Assembly: GCA_965216465.1 (NCBI GenBank)
Contig: CBDCFW010000004.1
Coordinates: 235,464 to 299,463 of the forward strand
DNA length: 64,000 nt
Direction: 5' to 3'
DNA from: Bacteroidia bacterium
GTDB lineage: Bacteria; Bacteroidota; Bacteroidia; NS11-12g; UBA9320
Part shown: in pieces, positions 40,727 to 51,639 of the stretch
Layout: the number at the start of each line of letters is the position of its first letter
Position numbering within the stretch: position 1 is the first letter of the stretch
Notes under the pieces: generated by a model
Databases searched by the model: none
What the model saw: the letters and a program-made list of their open reading frames with translations, nothing else
What the model was told of the DNA's origin: nothing
Program-made: the position numbers and the translations under genes

Positions 40727-41617
40727 ATGAGCAAAATGAAATTAACACGAGACAATTATGAACTGGTAATGTTCGACTTGCTAGAAGGCAATTTGACCGA
40801 AAGCGATGAGCTTAACGTAATGGCACAAATTGAAGCTAATGAGTTTTTCTTTAAAGAGTGGAAGCTTTTTAAAACTACAATACTTGTTGCTGATTCTGAT
40901 GTAGTTTATAAGAATAAAGAAAGTTTGCTGAAGGATGAACCTTCGGTAATACCAATGTTCCGTTGGGCGTCTGTAGCTGCAGCGGCATGTTTAATTATTG
41001 GGTTTATTGCATTCTGGCCTAAAGACACACCAATTGATGTGGCTGATACTCCAACAGAGATAATTTCACCAATTGAGCAAGAAGAGCCTACAGTTCCTGT
41101 TGTTCAAGCTATAGAAACAGAAGAGATAGAAACACCAGCTCAGGTTGTAAGAAACGACGCAGAACCAGAATTATTTATTCCAGAATCTATAGATGAAGAC
41201 CTCGATGTGGCTGATACGAATGAAGAAGTAATTGCAATTGAAGCTCCAAATAAAGAAAGTGAAATTAAAGAGGTGCCAAAATTGATCAATGAAGTACAAC
41301 AAGAAGAGCAACCTAAGTACATTGTTGAAAACCTTGAGCCAAAAACACTAGAAGATATTTACACTGCACCAGCAACTAATCCTGCTGAATATCAGAAGGA
41401 TGTGCCGAATTTTATAACTGTTGCAAGTGAATTTGTAACTTCTAAACCAAAAGAACGTATAATGAATAAAGCGAATGAGTTTATTGCCAAGGTAAGCAAT
41501 CCTAAAGTTCGATTTAAACCACAATTTGTAGATAAGAAACCCGGGCTACAAATAGAGTTTGAAACAACAGGATACCAAGCAATTGCAAGTTTGCAACCGT
41601 TTAATAAATCACGATAA
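40727..41617 (+). CDS. Putative anti-sigma factor
   Basis: LTRDNYE....D.LEGNL N-terminal domain, WASVAAAACLII TM helix, acidic Pro-rich linker; coupled to the ECF gene. Confidence 0.65.
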   Translation: MSKMKLTRDNYELVMFDLLEGNLTESDELNVMAQIEANEFFFKEWKLFKTTILVADSDVVYKNKESLLKDEPSVIPMFRWASVAAAACLIIGFIAFWPKDTPIDVADTPTEIISPIEQEEPTVPVVQAIETEEIETPAQVVRNDAEPELFIPESIDEDLDVADTNEEVIAIEAPNKESEIKEVPKLINEVQQEEQPKYIVENLEPKTLEDIYTAPATNPAEYQKDVPNFITVASEFVTSKPKERIMNKANEFIAKVSNPKVRFKPQFVDKKPGLQIEFETTGYQAIASLQPFNKSR

Positions 41618-41619
41618 AA

Positions 41620-42675
41620 ATGAAAAAATTAATACAATATACCCTAGCATTCGGAGCACTGTTCATGGCAGCAACTGCTCAAGCTCAAACCGACACTACT
41701 CAGTCTGAGCAAGAAATTGTAATCGACAACGGAAAAGTAAAGATTGTTCTGAAAGAGAAAAAAATCATTATGGACGGGGTTGACGGTTCAGACACCATTG
41801 TCGATCACGATGTTGAACGCGTTGAGATTAAAGTGGGTGACGAAACGATGGAAATCCATACCAACGGAGACGATATCAGCTTCAGAGACACTGAAGATAT
41901 GGAAGAACTTAACGAAGAGATGGAAGAGTTAAAAGAAGAACTCGCTGAATTGGAAGAGGAAATGAAGGTAGAATTCAAAGACTTCGAAAGTCTTGAAGAT
42001 TTAGAAGACCTTGAAGATCTTAAAGACCTATGTGAAGATGACGAACCAGATTTTATTGAAACAGACTGGTTTAACTTCCAACTTGGATTAAATAATCTAC
42101 TTAACGTAAATGATGAGCTCGTAATGCCTGAAGGCTATGAGACTTTAGAATTGTCTACTGGAAAATCAATAAATTTTCAAGTAAATGTTGTGCAACAAGC
42201 TGTTAATATTTACCGTGAAAAGATTCGTTTGGTGTACGGTGTAGGTGTTGATTTTAATAACTACCGTTTCAAAAATGACATAGACCTTGTAGAAGATTCA
42301 GATCCGCTAGAAGTTGAGCTTAGCACTGTAAATTACAAGAAAAATAAATTAGTGGTACAGTATCTATCAGCACCAGTAAAACTAGATCTTAGAATTGGTA
42401 AAGATGCTGACGAAGCCTTAACGCTAGCATTTGGTCCACACTTCCAATACCTAATTGGTAGTCACCAACGTAAGAAGTGGAACGATAACGGCAACCACAA
42501 AACAAAAATTAGAAACGACTACAACCTCGAAAAATTCCGCATGGGATGGGAAGCGCAGTTTGGATACGGTTCAGTAGTGCTTTACGGAAAGTACTTTCCT
42601 GAGAGCATCTTTAGAGCCGGTAAAGGTCCAGATCTAAGAACTGTTTCTGTTGGAATTTTAATCGGAGGCGTATAA
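41620..42675 (+). CDS. Outer-membrane beta-barrel protein with acidic coiled-coil N-terminal region
   Basis: Signal peptide; MEELNEEMEELKEELAELEEE; C-terminal G.G..FNNYRF, KNKL...YL..P barrel pattern. Confidence 0.7.
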   Translation: MKKLIQYTLAFGALFMAATAQAQTDTTQSEQEIVIDNGKVKIVLKEKKIIMDGVDGSDTIVDHDVERVEIKVGDETMEIHTNGDDISFRDTEDMEELNEEMEELKEELAELEEEMKVEFKDFESLEDLEDLEDLKDLCEDDEPDFIETDWFNFQLGLNNLLNVNDELVMPEGYETLELSTGKSINFQVNVVQQAVNIYREKIRLVYGVGVDFNNYRFKNDIDLVEDSDPLEVELSTVNYKKNKLVVQYLSAPVKLDLRIGKDADEALTLAFGPHFQYLIGSHQRKKWNDNGNHKTKIRNDYNLEKFRMGWEAQFGYGSVVLYGKYFPESIFRAGKGPDLRTVSVGILIGGV

Positions 42676-42722
42676 AAATATTGCGGGCAACCGCAATTCA
42701 TACTTAGCTTTTAGTAATGTTT

Positions 42723-42752
42723 AAGCCCATCCAAAGTGGTTGGGCTTTTTTT
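42723..42752. terminator. Intrinsic terminator
   Basis: AAGCCCATCCA-AAG-TGGTTGGGCTT followed by a T-run. Confidence 0.75.
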
Positions 42753-42753
42753 A

Positions 42754-44568
42754 TTATAGGATATCCATCTTTCTCCAGATCAATTTGTTTTGATCGTAGA
42801 TGTCGTAACAGAAATGTAGCGTCCAGTCTTTGTCATAATATACAGTCCGATAATCCAAATACAACGGTATGGGCTTATGTAAATTAAGCTTAGTTGTTGT
42901 ATCCAAGGGTTGAATTAAAGCCGTAGTATCTTCAGGATCATATTCTTCTAACCTTTCCTCATCTAATGGTTCGTAGCCCATCATAATACGAAAATCATCA
43001 GAATCGTATTTTTTAGATCCCTGCATTAGAAATTCACCAAACAAAAGTGGGTTCTCTAAACGAACGCATCCATGACTCACTGCACGTTGGGTACGTTCAA
43101 ACGCCTTTTTATGTGGAGTATCATGTAAGTAAATTGAAAATGGATTGCTAAACATGTATTTTACCGTTCCCAAAGAGTTTTTTTCTCCAGGTTGTTCTAC
43201 GATAGTGTAAGGGATTCTATTTCGATTAATTCGACTCCAGTTAATTGTGTCACCGTTAACTTCCTCTTTTCCGCGATATACTTTGTAGTTATTAGCACTC
43301 AAATATTCGGGTTCTCGCACCAGTCTCCACCACATCTCTCTTCGGATGATACTATAAGGAACCGTCCACGTTGGGTTGACCACAATATAAGTAAACTTAC
43401 TCGCTATTTGAGGCGTTTCCATATTCCTAGGAAGCTTATGTAGCCAGCCGCTGTCTGTATATTGTTTAACCATGGCATCGTAATTGTCAGGAAGGTTTTT
43501 TCCGATACATACCTTCATTGATTTGGTGCTATCTTCCCAATTAAGGTCAACCATGTACTCCGGGAGATTCACATACACAAAAGGTGGTTCAGACCCGGCA
43601 TTTGTGTACCATCTTTGGCGTTCTAAATTTGCTCGAACTTGATCTATTTTGTCGGTAGGTGTGGTGTTTATCAAGCGGTAGGTTTTAAAACCCATGATAC
43701 CATCCGGAGTTAAACTGTACTTTTCTTGAAGTACCTTGATCAGCTCAAACAATTCAGCCGTATAGATCGTGGTGTCTTGTATTGCATGAATACGCTCGTC
43801 TGGAAGATTTCGAGCTTTAAGTCGAGTAATTATTTCAGAAATGACAGGAACTGTGTCACCTTTTTCAATTTTAGGGTAGTCTGAGAAATCAATTAGTGTT
43901 GATTCGAGTTCATTTTTCTTGTCGAGGTAGTACCTCATGACTTTCAACAGCTCGTTATATGTGGTGTCGCCTTTATGAACTTTGTCTATCCATTTAATTT
44001 TATTTCGGGCTTTCAAGAACCCTGAATAATTAAGTTCTTTGACATTATTTCTAGGAAGCATATAGGTATAGCCATATACTTCTTTTGGATCTGTTCTTCC
44101 GTTGCTAATGTCTTCGTACATGCGGAGCATGCTATTTGAAATTATTAGCTCCAACTCAGCCATAAGCCGATAGGCACTGTCTGCATTTTTAAGATTAGCA
44201 ATACTATCTCTGTAATAGTTTACAAGAGGGAGGTAGTAGTATCTGTAGTCCATTCCGTGATAAGTGCTGTATCTGAACACTTCTTCCGCTTCTGCATTAG
44301 AGGCACTATCGTTGGTAATGAGTCCCCACCAATAGGGTTTGTTCTTACGCTGGTCATAAATGGTTTTAAGCGTATCTAGATAGGGTAAATTATCTTCACA
44401 CATCAATGATACTTCAAAATCAAATTTGTTATCGAAGTAATGGAAGAATGAATCTTTGGTCAGAACCATTTGTGGAGCTACGACCACCTGTTTTGGTTCT
44501 TCTTTACACGCATTAAGTAGTACAAAAGGCAATGTAATCAGTGCAACAATTAGAGATTGCTTCAACAT
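42754..44568 (-). CDS. L,D-transpeptidase, YcbB/LdtD-like lipoprotein
   Basis: Lipobox LNAC; PG-binding L.PDGIMG; NLERQRW; NPTWTVP; YLHDTP...SHGCVR. Confidence 0.9.
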   Translation of the reverse strand: MLKQSLIVALITLPFVLLNACKEEPKQVVVAPQMVLTKDSFFHYFDNKFDFEVSLMCEDNLPYLDTLKTIYDQRKNKPYWWGLITNDSASNAEAEEVFRYSTYHGMDYRYYYLPLVNYYRDSIANLKNADSAYRLMAELELIISNSMLRMYEDISNGRTDPKEVYGYTYMLPRNNVKELNYSGFLKARNKIKWIDKVHKGDTTYNELLKVMRYYLDKKNELESTLIDFSDYPKIEKGDTVPVISEIITRLKARNLPDERIHAIQDTTIYTAELFELIKVLQEKYSLTPDGIMGFKTYRLINTTPTDKIDQVRANLERQRWYTNAGSEPPFVYVNLPEYMVDLNWEDSTKSMKVCIGKNLPDNYDAMVKQYTDSGWLHKLPRNMETPQIASKFTYIVVNPTWTVPYSIIRREMWWRLVREPEYLSANNYKVYRGKEEVNGDTINWSRINRNRIPYTIVEQPGEKNSLGTVKYMFSNPFSIYLHDTPHKKAFERTQRAVSHGCVRLENPLLFGEFLMQGSKKYDSDDFRIMMGYEPLDEERLEEYDPEDTTALIQPLDTTTKLNLHKPIPLYLDYRTVYYDKDWTLHFCYDIYDQNKLIWRKMDIL

Positions 44569-44600
44569 ACGATTACTACAAATATGGTTAAGAAAGCTGA

Positions 44601-45419
44601 TTAAATGCGTAAGTCGTCCACAGTGATGTAGAGATTAGCATTCAATATATCAGAATTTTCAAGGTAAGAGTTGGTAGGGTGGAAGATAAAAAGACAAGAT
44701 CCACCTTTTACTGTTTCAATTAGTTGTTTGTTCACGCTCTGTGAAATAGCCGGACAACCATAACTTCTACCAATGCGCCGATTGTACTTTAGATAATTGT
44801 CACCAACATAGTTGGCACCATGAATAACAATGCCTCTTGAAAAAGCATTTGAGTTAATTCCTTTCTCTAATCCGTTTAATTTTAAAGAGAAACGATTGCT
44901 TCCCCAATATGTACTTCCGGTGGTGTAAAAACCTAATGAACTTTTGTTCGAACCGTGTGAATTGCTGAAATATTTTGGGTACTCATCACCGGTACGAGCC
45001 CCATGGGCAACCATTTCGTTAAAAATAACATGCTGGTTTTCCATATCAATAACCCACATTCTTTTGTCATTGCAGTACTTTGAAAAGTCAATAACGGTAA
45101 GATATTTAGGATTGTCTAAGCCATCAGTATGTTTGAGATACATGTAACCTACTAGGGCATGTTTTAGCACGCGTTTAGCAATAGTATCACCACCGTTGTA
45201 TTGAAGTTTAAAGTGAAATTGGTTTACATATTGGTTAAACTCATCAGATTTAAGTGTAATGAGTTGCTTTCCAAAGTAACCTTCGTTTTCATGAGTCAAG
45301 TTTCCATCTCTCAATTGGAAAGATGAAGAGAAGAAGATAAATAAAAGACAAGCTAAACCCTTTACCCAACTTGATGTACGGGCATTAAGTCTAACCTTAA
45401 TAGCATTTAGCTTGTCCAA
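44601..45419 (-). CDS. Murein L,D-transpeptidase catalytic domain protein (YkuD_2-type)
   Basis: TVIDFS...KRMWVID, VAHG, FSN...S.KSSLGFY.T, HGANYV, GRSYGCPA. Confidence 0.88.
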   Translation of the reverse strand: MDKLNAIKVRLNARTSSWVKGLACLLFIFFSSSFQLRDGNLTHENEGYFGKQLITLKSDEFNQYVNQFHFKLQYNGGDTIAKRVLKHALVGYMYLKHTDGLDNPKYLTVIDFSKYCNDKRMWVIDMENQHVIFNEMVAHGARTGDEYPKYFSNSHGSNKSSLGFYTTGSTYWGSNRFSLKLNGLEKGINSNAFSRGIVIHGANYVGDNYLKYNRRIGRSYGCPAISQSVNKQLIETVKGGSCLFIFHPTNSYLENSDILNANLYITVDDLRI

Positions 45420-45427
45420 ATTTTGTT

Positions 45428-47863
45428 TTATTCTAAGCTTGAGCCTTCTTCTGAAGTCTCAGCTTCTACTTCAACAGCTTCTTCTGTTGCTTCTTCAACT
45501 TCTTCAACTTCAGTTGTTACAGTTGTTTCTTCTTCAGCTGTTTCAGTATTTTCTTTGTTTTTCTTAGCACAGCATTTTTTCTCTGTACCTTCTTCGTATT
45601 TACAGTCGGCTTTATCGTGGCCTTCACATGCTTCAACGTAAGCTGCTTTGTCTTTATTACAACAAGCTCCTTTTGCTGATGCCTTACCAATCCAATCACC
45701 CAAGATTGGAGCGATTACAAGACCAACTAAACATGTAAGTTTAATCAAAATGTTCATTGATGGTCCTGAAGTATCTTTAAATGGATCTCCAACAGTATCA
45801 CCAGTTACAGCAGCTTTATGTGCTTCAGAACCTTTGTAAGTCATTTCGCCGTTAATTTCAACTCCAGCTTCAAATGATTTTTTAGCGTTATCCCAAGCAC
45901 CACCTGCGTTGTTTTGGAAGATTGCCCAAAGAACACCACTCACACAAACACCAGCCATATAACCACCTAGTACTTCGGCAGCAGTTGCCCAATCACCTGT
46001 TAGCATACCTGTTCCGAATGCAATGATAAGAGGAGTAAGAATGGTAAGAGCACCTGGCAACATCATTTCTCTTAATGCTGCTTTAGTTGAAATGTCAACA
46101 CACTTATCGTACTCTGGAGTACCTGTTCCTTCCATAATACCTGGAATTTCTTTGAACTGTCTTCTTACTTCTTGTACCATCGCCATTGCAGCTTTACCAA
46201 CACTTTGCATAGCAAGTGCTGAGAATACTACAGGTACCATACCACCAATAAACAGGGCAGCAAGTACCGGAGCCTTAAAGATGTTAATTCCATCTATTCC
46301 TGTAAATGTTACATAGGCTGCAAATAGTGCGAGTGCTGTAAGTGCAGCAGAAGCAATGGCAAAACCTTTTCCAACAGCTGCGGTTGTATTTCCTACAGAA
46401 TCTAAGATGTCAGTACGTTCTCTAACTTCTTCTGGAAGTTCACTCATTTCGGCAACTCCACCTGCGTTGTCTGCAATAGGACCGAATGCATCAATAGCTA
46501 ACTGCATTGCCGTAGTAGCCATCATTGCACTTGCCGCAATAGCAACACCATAGAAACCTGCAAGCTCATATGATCCCCAAATCGCAAATGCGAAAAGAAG
46601 AACAGAACCAAATGTAGAAATCATACCTGTTGCTAAACCAGCAATAATGTTGGTCGCAGCACCAGTAGAAGAGTTTCTAACGATATTAAGAACTGGTTTT
46701 TTACCAAGTCCAGTGAAGTGTTCAGTGATTGCACTGATTAAACCTCCAACCGCTAATCCGATTAAGGTAGCGTAGAAAACGTTCATATTGCTTACTGATT
46801 TCAATCCTTCACCGAAGAAGTTCATGCGAAGTGTTTCAGGAAGCATCCATTTAATCAAAAAGAATCCAGCAACCGCAGTTATGATGATTGCAGACCAGTT
46901 ACCTAAGTTCAATGCTTTTTGAACTTCAGCTTCTTTAGCGTTGTTATCTTTAATTCTGATGAATAAAGTTCCAATGATAGAAGCGATAATACCGATTCCT
47001 GCAATAGCTAATGGAAGTAAGATTGGTCCCATTCCGTCAAATGCATCAGCAAATTGTTCGGTTGCACTCATGTCTTTAATGATGTAGTTACCAAGCACCA
47101 TTGAAGCCAATACAGTTGCAACGTAAGATCCGAATAAGTCAGCACCCATTCCTGCAACGTCACCAACATTGTCACCAACGTTATCAGCAATAGTAGCAGG
47201 GTTACGTGGATCATCTTCAGGAATACCTGCTTCTACCTTACCTACAAGGTCAGCTCCAACGTCTGCAGCTTTTGTATAAATACCACCACCAACTCTTGCA
47301 AACAATGCAATAGACTCAGCACCAAGTGAGAATCCCGCAAGTGCTTCAAGCACGTGTGTCATATCATCATAAAAGTTACTATGTCCCATAAAGTGGCTAA
47401 CGAAGAACAGGAAGAACAAGCTCAATCCTAATACGGCTAAACCAGCAACACCAAGTCCCATTACAGTTCCTCCGTTGAAAGAAACTTTAAGTGCTTGTGG
47501 TAAGCTAGTTCTTGCAGCTTGAGTAGTACGAGCATTTGCAGAAGTTGCAATTCTCATTCCTACATTACCTGCTACAGCAGAAAAAACAGCTCCTATGATA
47601 AATGCTGGAACAATCATCCAAGATGTAGTTTCAACAGCTAAAGAGATTCCGAATAATGCAATTGAAGCAACAATCACGAAAATCAATAATAATCTGTACT
47701 CTGCGTTCAAGAATGCAAGAGCACCTTCTTTAATGCTCTTAGAAATGCTTTGCATTTTCTCATTTCCTGCGTCTTGTTTGTTTACCCAAGAAGCCTTTAT
47801 AGCCATGATAATCAGGCCGATAACTCCGAAAATAGGTAGAATGTAAATTAAATAATTCGACAT
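45428..47863 (-). CDS. hppA: Membrane-bound ion-translocating pyrophosphatase, K+-dependent type
   Basis: [49 protein letters not shown]; a TATTTTTG box at 47889-47882 favours the ATG at 47863. Confidence 0.95.
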   Translation of the reverse strand: MSNYLIYILPIFGVIGLIIMAIKASWVNKQDAGNEKMQSISKSIKEGALAFLNAEYRLLLIFVIVASIALFGISLAVETTSWMIVPAFIIGAVFSAVAGNVGMRIATSANARTTQAARTSLPQALKVSFNGGTVMGLGVAGLAVLGLSLFFLFFVSHFMGHSNFYDDMTHVLEALAGFSLGAESIALFARVGGGIYTKAADVGADLVGKVEAGIPEDDPRNPATIADNVGDNVGDVAGMGADLFGSYVATVLASMVLGNYIIKDMSATEQFADAFDGMGPILLPLAIAGIGIIASIIGTLFIRIKDNNAKEAEVQKALNLGNWSAIIITAVAGFFLIKWMLPETLRMNFFGEGLKSVSNMNVFYATLIGLAVGGLISAITEHFTGLGKKPVLNIVRNSSTGAATNIIAGLATGMISTFGSVLLFAFAIWGSYELAGFYGVAIAASAMMATTAMQLAIDAFGPIADNAGGVAEMSELPEEVRERTDILDSVGNTTAAVGKGFAIASAALTALALFAAYVTFTGIDGINIFKAPVLAALFIGGMVPVVFSALAMQSVGKAAMAMVQEVRRQFKEIPGIMEGTGTPEYDKCVDISTKAALREMMLPGALTILTPLIIAFGTGMLTGDWATAAEVLGGYMAGVCVSGVLWAIFQNNAGGAWDNAKKSFEAGVEINGEMTYKGSEAHKAAVTGDTVGDPFKDTSGPSMNILIKLTCLVGLVIAPILGDWIGKASAKGACCNKDKAAYVEACEGHDKADCKYEEGTEKKCCAKKNKENTETAEEETTVTTEVEEVEEATEEAVEVEAETSEEGSSLE

Positions 47864-48075
47864 AGTTTTAATTAAAGGGTGCAAAAATAAAATTTCTAGT
47901 AAAACAGGATGTATATTTTACAAGTATTTAGCCCACATTATTCAGATTAATTTCACACAAATTTCTCGATCAAAAGCTAGGCTTTATACTCATCTACAAA
48001 AGGGTTGATAAATTATCTAGACAAAGCGTTGATAATCAGGCAACCATTTAGCTAGTTTTGTGTCTAACTCAATAT

Positions 48076-49791
48076 ATGAAGACCATCGTATCGTTTTTAA
48101 GCTTTCTGTTATTCTCGGTTTGTTCAAATGCACAGTTGGATGTTCGAATTGCGCAAGGTGACATTGAAGTCTGCAATGGCCATTTTGCAGACTTAAGTGC
48201 AACTACTGTTTCGGGAACTCCTACCTCGTATACATGGAGCTGCGATAAGGCAACTTTTTCTAGCACTACCAAAAAAAATACTCGGGCTATTTTTTCAACT
48301 ATCAGTAACACATATGTGACTTATCTCTATCTCGAGGCTCAAAATGCAACCGAAACATCACTTGACTCCGTTAAAGTGACAATTAAGGCTTTGCCAAGCA
48401 TTCTCTTATCGGAAGAAACGTGGTGCGACAATGCAGGAAATATTGATTTGAAAGAAGAAATTGTACTTTCTCCTGCGGTTTACCTGGGCACACCTTCGTG
48501 GGACTGCATCGACTGCAACGGGAACAATTTCGATTCAATGCTTATCGACGAAGGTGTAGCAGGAATAACCGATTATAAACTGAGAGTTGGCCCTGATCAC
48601 TACAGCTTCAAAAACTTGCTTAAAGACACAATCTACCTTGAATTTAAGTATGTTAATGAAAGAAGCTGTACCAATTACGACACTGTGCCTCTTGAAATTG
48701 TAAGGACACCTAAATTGACTTTAGATAATACTAACGACCTATGTTGGAATGATGGAGAAATTGACCTAAATGATTGGTCTGGAGTGAATTACAAAGGAGG
48801 AACATGGTCGTGTGTTGATGAATCGGGGTATGCTTCGTGCAGCGAGCTCGGTGGATTTGTGGACGACACAATAAATACAATGAATAGCAGGCCAAATGGA
48901 GGCGTTTATTTATTACGGTACATCCACACAAGTTCTGGCTGTCAAGTATCGTTTGACACACCAATTAAAATTAATCCTACTCCAGCGGTTAATATTGATG
49001 CACTGAAGCGCAACCCGCCTCATTATTGTGAAGATATAAACGCCATCCCATTGGATGCATCTCCGGTAGGAGGAGCATGGACAGCTAGTGAACCCACAGC
49101 CCTGGTAAATGGAAATCGCTTCAGCCCTAGTTCAGCTGGAGTTGTTAATGAAAGAATATATTTTTATTATTCTTATACCAACCCCGTAACTGGTTGCATA
49201 GGTGTGGATTCTGTTTGGGCGATTGTTGAGCCTTTTCCTCAATTAGAGGTGCCTAATGATACCAACTTCTTTAGGCATTATAACCAAAGCCAAGTACAGT
49301 TGAATTTTGATATTGAAGCCCAGTATCATGGAGGATTAGACTACTATAAAACAAATGTGTTCGCTAATAGCGATAAGTATGAGTTTTCGTCGTCAAGTGA
49401 TTCATCTGTAACTGTTGATCTAAACTTTACGAAGGATACAATTGAAATTTTTAGGGTGATTGTACTTGCAACGTCGACAGGGTCTTGTTCTGACGTTGAT
49501 AATCACTTTGACATCATCGCATACCCTCCTCATCCTGTAAGTGTCGAACCAATTCTAATTGCAGACGCTGCAGAAATTTATCCAAATCCCAACAATGGTG
49601 CCTTTAAATTAGGCAAGCTCAATCCAAATGATTATACCGTCACGGTAGTTAGCAAGCATGGTCAGATACTCGATGAATTGGAAGCAGACGAGTTCAATAC
49701 CTATCATTGGAATGAAAAAGGACTCTTTGTTTTATGGATTCAATCAAAAGAAGGCGATGCGTCCTTTACCCTGCGGATGTTAGTGCTGTAA
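48076..49791 (+). CDS. T9SS-secreted protein with Cys-containing Ig/PKD-like repeats
   Basis: Signal peptide; repeated C...I.L...GG.W...Y.YT...GC units; C-terminal IYPNPNNG.F CTD-like motif. Confidence 0.72.
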   Translation: MKTIVSFLSFLLFSVCSNAQLDVRIAQGDIEVCNGHFADLSATTVSGTPTSYTWSCDKATFSSTTKKNTRAIFSTISNTYVTYLYLEAQNATETSLDSVKVTIKALPSILLSEETWCDNAGNIDLKEEIVLSPAVYLGTPSWDCIDCNGNNFDSMLIDEGVAGITDYKLRVGPDHYSFKNLLKDTIYLEFKYVNERSCTNYDTVPLEIVRTPKLTLDNTNDLCWNDGEIDLNDWSGVNYKGGTWSCVDESGYASCSELGGFVDDTINTMNSRPNGGVYLLRYIHTSSGCQVSFDTPIKINPTPAVNIDALKRNPPHYCEDINAIPLDASPVGGAWTASEPTALVNGNRFSPSSAGVVNERIYFYYSYTNPVTGCIGVDSVWAIVEPFPQLEVPNDTNFFRHYNQSQVQLNFDIEAQYHGGLDYYKTNVFANSDKYEFSSSSDSSVTVDLNFTKDTIEIFRVIVLATSTGSCSDVDNHFDIIAYPPHPVSVEPILIADAAEIYPNPNNGAFKLGKLNPNDYTVTVVSKHGQILDELEADEFNTYHWNEKGLFVLWIQSKEGDASFTLRMLVL

Positions 49792-49845
49792 TGCTTTGAA
49801 AAAATAGCTCTGCAAAATGGCTAAAAAAATTACTTTTGCACCCCA

Positions 49846-51639
49846 ATGGAGCACATCCGGAATTTTTGCATAATTGCCCATATCGACCACGGTAAATCTA
49901 CCTTGGCAGATAGACTGTTGCACACCACAGGAACGATTAGTGATCGAGACCTGAAAGAGCAAACTTTAGACGATATGGATTTGGAACGCGAGCGTGGTAT
50001 TACCATTAAATCACATGCTATCCAAATGAACTACAAACATGAAGGTACGGATTATGTGCTTAACCTCATTGATACTCCTGGTCACGTTGACTTTAGTTAT
50101 GAAGTGAGTCGATCAATTGCTGCATGTGAAGGGGCATTGCTCATTGTTGATGCTGCACAAGGTATTCAAGCTCAGACTATTAGTAATCTGTATCTGGCAC
50201 TAGAGAACGACTTAGAAATTATTCCGATCCTAAATAAAATGGACCTTCCGGGTGCTATGCCTGAAGAGGTTAAAGATCAGATTGAAGAGTTAATTCTGTG
50301 CGAACGAGATGATATTATTCCAGCAAGTGGTAAAACCGGTTTAGGGGTTGATAAGATTTTAGAAGCGATTGTAAATCGTGTTCCTGCTCCTAAAGGTGAT
50401 CCCAAGGCACCACTAAAAGCATTGATCTTTGATTCTGTTTTTAATCCTTTTAGAGGAATTATCGCATATTTCAGAGTTTTAGATGGAGAAATTAACAAAG
50501 GAGATCACGTAAAATTCATCAACACAAAAAAAGACTATTACGCTGACGAAATTGGGGTTTTACGACTTAATCAAGAACCTCGAACTTCCATTAAAACGGG
50601 AGATGTTGGGTACATCATATCTGGAATTAAAGATGCTAAAGAAGTTAAGGTTGGTGACACCATTACCTTACTAAAAGAACCTACTGCAGAAGCAATTCAA
50701 GGTTTTGAAGATGTTAAACCAATGGTTTTTGCAGGGATATATCCTGTTGATACTGAAGATTTCGAAGAGTTAAGAGACTCTATGGGTAAGCTTCAATTGA
50801 ATGATGCCAGTTTAGTTTTCGAACCAGAATCTTCCGCTGCACTTGGATTTGGATTCCGTTGCGGATTCTTAGGAATGTTGCATATGGAGATTATTCAAGA
50901 GCGATTGGAACGTGAGTTTGGGATGACAGTAATCACCACCGTTCCAAACGTTAGTTATCACGCCTTTTTGAAAAAGGAAACGGATATGATTGTGGTAAAT
51001 AATCCAAGTGATCTTCCTGAGCCAAACTATACCGATAGAGTAGAGGAGCCTTATATCAATGCTCAAGTCATTACTTCAGCAGATTACGTTGGGGCAATTA
51101 TGACGCTGTGTATTGAAAAAAGAGGAATCTTAAAGAATCAAGTATATCTGACCAGTAATAGGGTAGAGCTAACCTTTGAAATGCCTATGGCTGAAGTTGT
51201 TTTTGACTTTTATGATAAGTTGAAAACGGTTTCGAGAGGTTATGCCAGTTTCGATTATCACCCGATTGGCTATCGTCCGTCAACATTGGTGAAGTTAGAT
51301 ATTCTGCTTAATGGTAAAGTTGTAGATGCATTATCAGCTGTTATTCACCGCGATAAGGCGTATGAATATGGAAAGAAGATTTGCGAAAAGCTTAAGGATT
51401 TGATTCCTCGTCACCAATTTGAGATTCCGATTCAAGCAGCTATTGGAGCGAAGATTATATCACGCGAAAACATCAGAGCACTTAGAAAAGATGTAACTGC
51501 TAAATGTTATGGAGGTGATATTTCACGTAAGCGTAAACTCCTCGAGAAGCAGAAAAAAGGAAAGAAGCGTATGCGTCAAGTGGGAAATGTTGAAATCCCT
51601 CAAAGTGCGTTTATGGCTGTTCTGAAAATTAACGACTAG
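49846..51639 (+). CDS. lepA: Elongation factor 4
   Basis: [55 protein letters not shown]. Confidence 0.98.
   Translation: MEHIRNFCIIAHIDHGKSTLADRLLHTTGTISDRDLKEQTLDDMDLERERGITIKSHAIQMNYKHEGTDYVLNLIDTPGHVDFSYEVSRSIAACEGALLIVDAAQGIQAQTISNLYLALENDLEIIPILNKMDLPGAMPEEVKDQIEELILCERDDIIPASGKTGLGVDKILEAIVNRVPAPKGDPKAPLKALIFDSVFNPFRGIIAYFRVLDGEINKGDHVKFINTKKDYYADEIGVLRLNQEPRTSIKTGDVGYIISGIKDAKEVKVGDTITLLKEPTAEAIQGFEDVKPMVFAGIYPVDTEDFEELRDSMGKLQLNDASLVFEPESSAALGFGFRCGFLGMLHMEIIQERLEREFGMTVITTVPNVSYHAFLKKETDMIVVNNPSDLPEPNYTDRVEEPYINAQVITSADYVGAIMTLCIEKRGILKNQVYLTSNRVELTFEMPMAEVVFDFYDKLKTVSRGYASFDYHPIGYRPSTLVKLDILLNGKVVDALSAVIHRDKAYEYGKKICEKLKDLIPRHQFEIPIQAAIGAKIISRENIRALRKDVTAKCYGGDISRKRKLLEKQKKGKKRMRQVGNVEIPQSAFMAVLKIND

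Noticed and set aside
45423-47846. Several plus-strand ORFs opposite hppA
   Set aside because: Antisense shadows expected from the biased codon usage of a conserved gene
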